Source: Rudaea sp.
GTDB taxonomy: Bacteria > Pseudomonadota > Gammaproteobacteria > Xanthomonadales > Rhodanobacteraceae
Length of the DNA stretch: 43,545 nt
Assembly: GCA_040005435.1 (NCBI GenBank)
Contig: JBDTYX010000001.1
Location: 1 to 43,545, forward strand
Reading direction: 5' to 3'
The notes beneath the pieces are model-generated. The model did not search any database. It saw only the letters and a list, made by a program, of their open reading frames with translations, and was not told the origin of the DNA. Positions 36,559 through 43,545 of the stretch are shown piece by piece. A program made the translations under genes and the position numbers. Positions within the stretch are counted from its first letter, which is position 1. Each line of letters starts with the position of its first letter.

Positions 36559-37596
36559 TCATGCGAGGCACGCGTCGACGAGGCGCTCGAACGTCAGGCC
36601 GCCGCGCATCGGATCGGCGGCGGGCAGCCCGAGCCGTGCGCCCTCGTGCGCGAGCACGACGGCGGCGGTGGTCGCATCGAGCCCCGCCGTGTTGAGGCTC
36701 ATCCCGACACAGCGGATCGCCGGGTTCGTGCGTCGGCCGAGGCGCACCGTCATGTCGATCACTTCCTCGATACTCGGCAACGCGAAACTGTCGAGCCCGA
36801 GCACGCGTTCGCGCCCGGGCGCATGGCAGACGACGAAGACGTCGGGCTGGCTGCCGTGCAGCAACCCGAGCGACACGCCCGCATAGGCGGGATGGAACAG
36901 CGAGCCCTGCCCTTCGATGACGTCCCAGTGCGCGGGTGCCGCCGCGGGGCTCAGCATCTCGGCGGCGCCGGCTTCGAAGTCGGCGACGACCGCGTCCATC
37001 GGCATGCCGCTGCCGGCGATCAGGATGCCGGTCTGTCCGGTCGCGCGGAAGTCCGCATCGATGCCGCGCGCCGAGAACGCGCGTGCGATCGCGAGCGCGG
37101 TGTATTTCTTGCCGAGCGCGCAGTCGGTGCCGACCGTGAGCAGGCGCTTGCCGGTGCGCTTGCGCCCAGTGGCGATCGGGATATTCTCAGGCGGCGTGCG
37201 CACGTCGATGAGGCGCCGGCCGAGCCGCGCGGCGATGGGCTTGAGCGGCGAGTCCGCGAGCTTCGTGTGCATGCCGCTGACGATGTCGAGCCCCGCCTCG
37301 AGCGCCTCGATCAGCGAGGGCATCCAGCTGTCGTGGATCACGCCACCCGAATTGGCGACGCCGATGACGAGCGCGCGCGCACCGCTCGAACGCGCCTCCT
37401 TGGGCGTCAGGCGCGGCAGGCCAGTCGTGACCGTCGCGCCGCACGACCATTCGCCGATGCAGCGCTCGGGCGCCCAGTCGCGCAGGCCGAACGCGGTCTT
37501 CGCGTAGCCGGGCTCGGTCGTGTTGCCGAGGAACAACAGGTACGGCTGCGGCAGCGCAGCCGACGACGTTTCGCGCATCGCGAGCGAAGAGATCAC
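36559..37596 (-). CDS. dgcN: DUF1611 family protein (DgcN-like N-acetyltransferase)
   Basis: PYLLFLG, AKTAFGLRDW, SGMH, GTDCALGKKYT, ATGQTG, EGQGSLFHP, GLLHGSQPD. Start could be 37578. Confidence 0.88.
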   Translation of the reverse strand: MISSLAMRETSSAALPQPYLLFLGNTTEPGYAKTAFGLRDWAPERCIGEWSCGATVTTGLPRLTPKEARSSGARALVIGVANSGGVIHDSWMPSLIEALEAGLDIVSGMHTKLADSPLKPIAARLGRRLIDVRTPPENIPIATGRKRTGKRLLTVGTDCALGKKYTALAIARAFSARGIDADFRATGQTGILIAGSGMPMDAVVADFEAGAAEMLSPAAAPAHWDVIEGQGSLFHPAYAGVSLGLLHGSQPDVFVVCHAPGRERVLGLDSFALPSIEEVIDMTVRLGRRTNPAIRCVGMSLNTAGLDATTAAVVLAHEGARLGLPAADPMRGGLTFERLVDACLA

Positions 37597-37607
37597 CGCG
37601 GGTATGC

Positions 37608-39812
37608 TCAGAACTTCGCGTCGAAGCCGACGCCGATCACGCGCGGCTGCAGCGGCACGCCCTTGACCTGCGATATCTCGCCGGTCGCGGCGTTGCTGAG
37701 CGCGGTGAGGTTCGTGTACACGCGTTTGTCGGTCAGGTTCTTGATGAACAGGCGCACCGTCCAGCGATCGTTCGACACGTCCGCGTTCAGATCGATCGCG
37801 GTGTATCCATCCTGCGGCAGCGATACCGGGTTGTGCGCGAGCGCGCTTAGGGTGTCACCGCTGTAGCGGATGCCGCCACCGACGCGCGCATTCCAGCCGC
37901 TACCGAGTGCGAACGAGTAGTCGGCCGTCGCCGACGCCGCCCACTTCGGGATATTCGGCAGGCGATCGCCGTCGAGGCCGCCGATGCTCACGACGTCCTC
38001 GGTGAGCTCGGCCTTCGTGTAGGCGCCGTTGAAGCCGAGACGCAGGCCGGCCACGGGCATGTACAGCGTCGAGAATTCGACGCCGCGGCTGCGTGCGGTG
38101 CCGCCGTTGGCGAGAAAGGAGACGACGCCGTTGTTCGCCGAGACCTGGATCTTGTCCCATTCGATGTCGAACAGCGCGACGTCGAGTTGCAGGCGGTGGT
38201 CGTCGAGCAGGCTCTTCACGCCGACCTCGTAGTTGGTCAGCGTCGAGGCATTGACCGATGGCGGCACGCCCGGCAGCGCGATGTTCGGACCGCCCGGCTG
38301 GTAGCCGCTGCCGACACGGCCATACAGCATCGAGTCCTCGCCGAAATGCAGGCGCGGGCTGAACGAATAGGTGAACACGCTCTCGGACGAGCTGCCGGTG
38401 ATGTTGCCGAGGCCCGTCAGCGCGCCGCTCGTGATCTCAGCGAAGCTCTGCTCGTTGTGTGCCCAGCGCACGCCCGCGGTCACGTCGAATGCGTTCGTGA
38501 ACTTGTAGGTGAGGTCGCCGAACGCCGCGTATTCCTTGTAGGTCGACGGCAGCGCGATCACCGCGAGCGGGTCGAGGCCGGCGATCGAGACGTAGTCGAG
38601 CGTCAACGCGCTCGCGGCCTGACCCTGCTTGCTGTTCTCGTTCGTGTAGAACGCACCGAGCAGCCATTCGACCGGGCCGTCGGATTTCGACGCGAGACGG
38701 AATTCCTGCGTCGTTTTGTAAAGCTTTAGGTCGTAGGTGACGAGCGAGATGCCCGGCGCGGGCAGCCCGAACAGCGGAAACGCGACGCCGTAGACAAGTG
38801 TGGCATCGACCGCATTGTGCGACGAACTCTGCGCGTAGTTGGTTGAAGAGACGAAATCCGCCCAGCCGAGGTTCCAGTTCACAGTCGCGTTGTAATAGTC
38901 GACGTTCTTGCGATACGGCTCGGGCAGGTAGTTGTCGTTCTTGAGATTGCCGTAGATCGGCCGCAGCGTCGCCGGATCGAGCGCGGTGACCGACGCGCTG
39001 TCGGCATCGGTCTTGGACTGGATCGCCGACAGCTTGACCGACACGTCGTCGTTGGCCTTCCACAGCAGCGTGGCGTGCGCGGCCTGCTGCGAGTACTGGT
39101 CCTGGTCCTTGACGCCGGTGCGCACGTTGTCGGTGAAGCCCGGTGAATTCTGTCGCGCGAAGCTCGCGCTCAGTGCGAGCTGACCCGGTACGAGCGGCAG
39201 GTTGAAACCGACTCGGCCACCGACGCCGGCATCGCTGCCGCCCTCCTGGCTGAACGTGTCGGCGCCGACGCGCCAGCTCGTGTTGTCGAGGTCGGGCGCC
39301 TTCGTCACGTAGCGCAAGACGCCGCCCAACGAGCTCGCGCCGTACAGCGTACCCTGCGGTCCACGCAGCACCTCGACACTCTGGAAATCGTAGGGCAGCA
39401 GGTCGAGCACCTCCGTCGACCCCGCGCCGTAGTTGCTGCTCGTGCCGAGCGGCGTCTCGTCGACGTAGGTCGCCACGGTCGAACCCGCGCTCAGCGGCGC
39501 GATGCCGCGGATGCCGATCTGCGCCTGTCCCGGTGTGCCGCCGTTCACGATCGTGAGGCCCGGTATGTAGGCCGCGTAGTCGGTGATCTGCGTCGCATGC
39601 AGACTCTCGAGCTGGGCCTCGTCGATCACGCTGATCGACATCGGCACTTTCTGGATGTCCTCGCTGCGCCGCTCGGCGGTGACGATGACCGTGCCGAGCG
39701 CGATCGACGGATCGTCGCCGGAATTGGGCGCCTGCTGGGCGTTTGCGCCTGCGCTGGCGAACAGGGCGAGCAGGATTGCGGAGCTCAATTGCTTGCGGCT
39801 TGAGATGCTCAT
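37608..39812 (-). CDS. TonB-dependent outer-membrane receptor
   Basis: Signal peptide; TVIVTAERR TonB-box region; IGIRG, YVDE, VEVLRGPQGTLYG plug motifs; KNLTDK; terminal Phe. Confidence 0.95.
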   Translation of the reverse strand: MSISSRKQLSSAILLALFASAGANAQQAPNSGDDPSIALGTVIVTAERRSEDIQKVPMSISVIDEAQLESLHATQITDYAAYIPGLTIVNGGTPGQAQIGIRGIAPLSAGSTVATYVDETPLGTSSNYGAGSTEVLDLLPYDFQSVEVLRGPQGTLYGASSLGGVLRYVTKAPDLDNTSWRVGADTFSQEGGSDAGVGGRVGFNLPLVPGQLALSASFARQNSPGFTDNVRTGVKDQDQYSQQAAHATLLWKANDDVSVKLSAIQSKTDADSASVTALDPATLRPIYGNLKNDNYLPEPYRKNVDYYNATVNWNLGWADFVSSTNYAQSSSHNAVDATLVYGVAFPLFGLPAPGISLVTYDLKLYKTTQEFRLASKSDGPVEWLLGAFYTNENSKQGQAASALTLDYVSIAGLDPLAVIALPSTYKEYAAFGDLTYKFTNAFDVTAGVRWAHNEQSFAEITSGALTGLGNITGSSSESVFTYSFSPRLHFGEDSMLYGRVGSGYQPGGPNIALPGVPPSVNASTLTNYEVGVKSLLDDHRLQLDVALFDIEWDKIQVSANNGVVSFLANGGTARSRGVEFSTLYMPVAGLRLGFNGAYTKAELTEDVVSIGGLDGDRLPNIPKWAASATADYSFALGSGWNARVGGGIRYSGDTLSALAHNPVSLPQDGYTAIDLNADVSNDRWTVRLFIKNLTDKRVYTNLTALSNAATGEISQVKGVPLQPRVIGVGFDAKF

Positions 39813-41020
39813 GACTTCTTGTCGTCGGGGGATTTGCTGTCTGCTGGTGGTGTGTGCTTCGGCTCGAGCCAGGTGCTGCCGAGCAGGCGGCGGAAATTTC
39901 CGCCGAGCACGGCGGCGATGTTCGCCTCGCCGTAGCCGCGCTTTAGCAGCGCGGCGGTGAGGTCGTACACCTTTCTCGGGTGGTCGAAGCCGTCGGTGTC
40001 GATGCGGTCGCGGAACGCGTAGCTCGCCTTGTAGGCGGCCTTGAGCTTCTCGTACTGATCCTTGGGCATGTGGTCGTAGCCCATGAGGTCGGAGTCCGAG
40101 CCGATGCCGACGTGTTCGATGCCGACGAGCTTGGCGACGTGGTCGACGTGATCGACGATGTCTTCGATCGTCGTCGGCTCTTTGTCCTTGACGAACATGC
40201 GCACGCCGGTGATGCCCATCACGCCGCCCTTCGCGGCGAGCTTGCGGATCGCCTCGTCGGTCTTCAGGCGCGGATGGTTGTTGAGAGCGCGACAGTTCGA
40301 ATGCGTGATCGCGATGGGTTTGGGCGACAGCTCGATCGCGTCGAGCGTCGTGCGGTCGCCGCTGTGCGAGACGTCGATCAGCATGCCGGCGTCGTTCATC
40401 GCCTTGATGATCTGCACGCCGAAATCGCTGACCCCGCCGTCGACGCGCTCGGTCGAACCCGAGCCGATGAGGTTCTGCGTGTTGTAGGTGAGCTGCGCGC
40501 AACGCAGGCCGAGGTCGTAGAAGTCCTTGACGTCGGCGGGCGTGCGGAACTGGTCGGCATTCTGCAGCCCCATGATGACGGCGATCTTGCGCTGCGCCTT
40601 CGCGTGGTCGATGTCCTCGGCCCGGCCGACCAGCGAGAACACCTCGCTGTTGCGCCCCGCGAACCCGCTCCATGCCGCGATGAACTGCAGCGCGTCGGCA
40701 TACGCGGTCGCGCCGCCGACGCCGACCGAATTGTGGAACGCCGTGATGCCGGAGCTGCGAAACATCTGCGCGTCGGCCTCGCTGAGCGGCAGGGAGAACG
40801 CGTCCGGATTGAAGTCGATCTTGAGCGGCGCGAGCATGTCGATCACGAGCGCACGCTGCACGATGTCGACGACCTTTCCCGAATACGTGCGTCTGGCCTC
40901 GACGAGCGCCGTGGCCGCGGCGCGCAGACGCATCGGAGCGAGCGCGAGAGCCGCGCCTGCGGCTCCGAGGGCGCCCAAGGCGCGACGACGGTCAACTAGG
41001 AAGACGCGATCGCCAGTCAT
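39809..41020 (-). CDS. Tat-exported M19 dipeptidase homolog with altered metal site
   Basis: DRRRALG twin-arginine signal; QLTYN, DVSH, ITHSN, GIGSD present, but IDMLAP and GLQN replace IDGHND and GIEG. Confidence 0.88.
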   Translation of the reverse strand: MTGDRVFLVDRRRALGALGAAGAALALAPMRLRAAATALVEARRTYSGKVVDIVQRALVIDMLAPLKIDFNPDAFSLPLSEADAQMFRSSGITAFHNSVGVGGATAYADALQFIAAWSGFAGRNSEVFSLVGRAEDIDHAKAQRKIAVIMGLQNADQFRTPADVKDFYDLGLRCAQLTYNTQNLIGSGSTERVDGGVSDFGVQIIKAMNDAGMLIDVSHSGDRTTLDAIELSPKPIAITHSNCRALNNHPRLKTDEAIRKLAAKGGVMGITGVRMFVKDKEPTTIEDIVDHVDHVAKLVGIEHVGIGSDSDLMGYDHMPKDQYEKLKAAYKASYAFRDRIDTDGFDHPRKVYDLTAALLKRGYGEANIAAVLGGNFRRLLGSTWLEPKHTPPADSKSPDDKKS

Positions 41021-41053
41021 TTCTCCTTCCCCTCGATTTGTCGCGATTGGGCG

Positions 41054-41081
41054 AGTATGATCCTGAATAGAGAAATGTCAA
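41054..41081 (-). promoter_or_regulatory. Putative sigma70 promoter of the peptide operon (TTGACA-N16-CATACT)
   Basis: Perfect -35 at 41076-41081 and -10-like hexamer at 41054-41059, ~35 bp upstream of the 41020 start. Confidence 0.6.
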
Positions 41082-41267
41082 CGATATTATCCAATCAGGA
41101 CAAGGTTACCCAAAGCGTCGCCGCATCTTCGTGGAATCACCCTGCGTATTTACTAATGCAGGCGCGCTGAAATCGAGGTGCTGGTGGGTTTCTAACTGAC
41201 ACGACGCCGATGTATCCTGTGTCACGCGCAGCCGTGTTTTGCGCAGTGGGCTGTCCTGATCGGAGAA
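41060..41267. promoter_or_regulatory. Three copies of a TCCTGATYGGA-like box (putative XRE-cupin operators)
   Basis: TTATCCAATCAGGACA (41087-41102) matches the reverse complement of TGTCCTGATCGGAGAA (41252-41267) at 14/16; weaker ATCCTGAATAGAGAA (41060-41074) sits in the promoter spacer. Confidence 0.6.
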
Positions 41268-41334
41268 TCAGGCAAGGCTCCGTCGTCGGCATGAAAAAAG
41301 CCTAGTCACTGCGACGCGCGCTAAGGAAAAATCA

Positions 41335-42039
41335 ATGGAAATGAAAGTACGCCAACCCACGCTCGGCAGCCTGCTGCGCTCGCTTCGCGCACGCAACGGC
41401 TGGACGCTCAAGGAAATGAGCGAACGCATCGACATCCCCGTGTCGACGTTGTCGAAGGTCGAGCACGACCGCCTGACCCTCAGTTACGACAAGTTGCTGC
41501 AACTCAGCCAGCGGCTCAACATCCGCATGTCGGAGCTGTTCGCCGACGCGGCGCACGAAGGCGAGCCCGCGGTGACTGCGCGGCGCAGCATCGGCAGCGT
41601 CGAGGGCGCGATCCGCGTCAACACGAAGAACTACGATTACCACTACCTGTGCGCGGAGCTGCGCCACAAGCGCATGATTCCGGTGTACACGCGCGTCCGC
41701 GCGAAGAGCCTCGAGGAGTTCGGCGAGCTCGTGCGCCATCCGGGCGAGGAATATCTCTACATCCTCGAAGGCGCGATCACGGTGCACACCGAATTCTATG
41801 ACCCGGTCGACCTCGGCACCGGCGAGTCGATCTACATCGACAGCAACATGGGCCATGCCTACGTCGCGGCCAAGGGTTGCAAGGAAGCGGTCGTGCTCGC
41901 GGTCTGTTCGAGCGCCGACGAGAGCCTGCTCGAGTCGCTCTACTCGCTGCGCGCCGACGTCGAGCCGCTCGCGCCGGCGCCGTCGAAGGCCGCCGCCACG
42001 AGGCTGCCTCCGCCGAGGCTCATCGCGAAGCAGCGCTAG
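41335..42039 (+). CDS. XRE-family HTH regulator with C-terminal cupin sensor
   Basis: LRSLRARNGWTLKEMS...STLSKVE; HPGEEYLYILEG, IYIDSNMGHAY; divergent from the peptide operon. Confidence 0.92.
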   Translation: MEMKVRQPTLGSLLRSLRARNGWTLKEMSERIDIPVSTLSKVEHDRLTLSYDKLLQLSQRLNIRMSELFADAAHEGEPAVTARRSIGSVEGAIRVNTKNYDYHYLCAELRHKRMIPVYTRVRAKSLEEFGELVRHPGEEYLYILEGAITVHTEFYDPVDLGTGESIYIDSNMGHAYVAAKGCKEAVVLAVCSSADESLLESLYSLRADVEPLAPAPSKAAATRLPPPRLIAKQR

Positions 42040-42049
42040 GCGCGCAACG

Positions 42050-43525
42050 CTAGAGCCCGCCGGCTGCCTGCGCTACCGCGCGGAACAGCGCGCGGCCCTT
42101 GTTCATCGTCTCTTCCCACTCGGCATCCGGGTCGGAGTCGTAGACGATGCCGCCGCCGGCCTGCACATGCAGGATGCCGTCCTGGATCACCGCGGTGCGG
42201 ATCGCGATCGCGGTATCCGCATCGCCCCACCAGCCGACGTAGCCGATCGCGCCCGCGTAGATGTTGCGCTTGTGCGGCTCGAGCTCCTGGATGATCTCGA
42301 GCGCGCGGATCTTCGGCGCGCCGGACACTGTGCCGGCCGGGAACGTCGCCTTGAGCACGTCCATGTAGTTGAGCCCGTCGCGCAGGTCGCCTTCGACCTG
42401 GGAGACGATGTGCATCACGTGCGAGTAGCGTTCGATCACGAAACTCTCGGTCAGCTGCACCGTCCCGGTCTTGCTCACGCGACCGACGTCGTTGCGACCG
42501 AGATCGATCAGCATGAGATGCTCCGCGCGTTCCTTCGGATCGGCGAGCAGCTCGGCCTCGAGCGCGAGGTCCTCCTCACGCGTCTTGCCGCGCGGCCGCG
42601 TGCCCGCGATCGGGCGCAGCACGACCTTGCCCTGCTTCAGGCGCACGAGGATTTCGGGTGACGAGCCGACGACCTGGGTCGCACCTAGGTCGAGGAAATA
42701 CATGTACGGCGATGGGTTGAGCGCGCGCAACGCGCGGTAGACATCGACCGGGCGCGCGCGGAACGGCACCGACAGGCGCTGCGACGGCACGACCTGGAAG
42801 ATATCGCCTGCGCGGATGTATTCCTTGGCTTTCTCGACAAGCTCGCAATACTCCTCGCGCGTGAAGCTCGACTTGAAATCGGTCTCCTCGAGTGCTTTCG
42901 GATCGAGCACGTCGGGATAACTCGAGCCCGAGCGGCGCAGGCGGAACGCGAGCTCGTCGAGACGCCGCTGCGCGCGCGCATACGCCTGCGGCTGCGCGGG
43001 GTCTGCGTGCACGATGAGGTACAGGCGGCCCTTGAGGTTGTCGAAGACCGCGACCTCCTCGCTCAGCATCAGCACGACGTCGGGCACGCCGAGTTCGTCG
43101 CGACGCTGCCACTGCGACAGAGTGGGCTCGATGTAGCCGATCGCCTCGAAGCCGAAATAGCCGACGAGGCCGCCGCTGAATTCGGGCATCTGCGGCAACT
43201 GCGGGACGTTGTACTCGTTGCGGATCTTCTCGATCTCGCCGAGCGGGTCGGCGAGCTCGCGCGTCTCGATCTCGACGCCATGGTCCTCGACGCTCAGCGT
43301 GTGCCCGCGCAACTTGTACACGCGCCGGCACGGCAGGCCGATGATCGAGTAGCGTCCCCAGGTCTCGCCGCCCGCGATCGATTCGAGCAGGTAGGTATAT
43401 GGCGCGTCGGCGAACTTCGAATAGACCGACAGCGGCGTGTCGAGGTCGGACAACACCTCGCGCACGACCGGAATGCGGTTGTGGCCCTCGGCTGCGAGGG
43501 CATCGAACTCTTGGGATGAAATCAC
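42050..43525 (-). CDS. trpE: Anthranilate synthase component I
   Basis: DLDTPLSVY, LLES, GDIFQVVPSQR, NPSPYM, SSPE, PIAGTR, AEHLMLIDLGRND, AGTVSGAPK, IAIRT, QAGGG. Confidence 0.97.
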   Translation of the reverse strand: MISSQEFDALAAEGHNRIPVVREVLSDLDTPLSVYSKFADAPYTYLLESIAGGETWGRYSIIGLPCRRVYKLRGHTLSVEDHGVEIETRELADPLGEIEKIRNEYNVPQLPQMPEFSGGLVGYFGFEAIGYIEPTLSQWQRRDELGVPDVVLMLSEEVAVFDNLKGRLYLIVHADPAQPQAYARAQRRLDELAFRLRRSGSSYPDVLDPKALEETDFKSSFTREEYCELVEKAKEYIRAGDIFQVVPSQRLSVPFRARPVDVYRALRALNPSPYMYFLDLGATQVVGSSPEILVRLKQGKVVLRPIAGTRPRGKTREEDLALEAELLADPKERAEHLMLIDLGRNDVGRVSKTGTVQLTESFVIERYSHVMHIVSQVEGDLRDGLNYMDVLKATFPAGTVSGAPKIRALEIIQELEPHKRNIYAGAIGYVGWWGDADTAIAIRTAVIQDGILHVQAGGGIVYDSDPDAEWEETMNKGRALFRAVAQAAGGL

Positions 43526-43545
43526 GTAGCGTTCGGCCGACGGAC

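Noticed and set aside
322-42049. Tailocin, prophage, ICE, IS, CRISPR array, tRNA or rRNA
   Set aside because: No structural, integrase or transposase ORFs, no regularly spaced repeats and no RNA-gene signatures were seen by eye.

Overview
High-GC proteobacterial chromosomal window; the TrpE/TrpG sequences look Xanthomonadales/Rhodanobacteraceae-like, which is an inference. It is bounded by trpG (5' part, minus strand, 1-321, absent from the ORF track) and trpE (42050-43525). The ~41.7 kb between them is accessory cargo with no integrase, transposase, phage, tRNA, rRNA or CRISPR signal. Modules, left to right: (1) a frameshifted ImmA/IrrE-type HExxH peptidase relic; (2) a Tat-signalled NIPSNAP protein with a divergent TetR regulator; (3) an ECF sigma factor and Ser/Thr kinase-TPR pair upstream of three exported proteins; (4) a sugar/redox cluster (GH39, GH144-like, glucose dehydrogenase, GMC oxidoreductase, gluconolactonase, DoxX, cupin, VOC) including a disulfide-reductase homolog with both active-site Cys replaced by Ser; (5) a tightly coupled 8-gene ergothioneine-type operon: DUF427, a SufS homolog lacking the persulfide Cys, a betaine-type ABC importer, an intact flavoprotein disulfide reductase, an atypical EgtB/OvoA-like sulfoxide synthase and EgtD; (6) an XRE-cupin-linked, TonB-dependent locus probably for D-amino-acid peptides (two M19 dipeptidases, two serine hydrolases, DgcN/DgcA, POT and YkvI-like transporters). 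The best candidate for an undescribed system is module 5 (synthesis, C-S cleavage, reduction and uptake of a thiohistidine), followed by module 6 and the Cys-less reductase in module 4. Family calls come from motif recognition by eye; no database searches were run.
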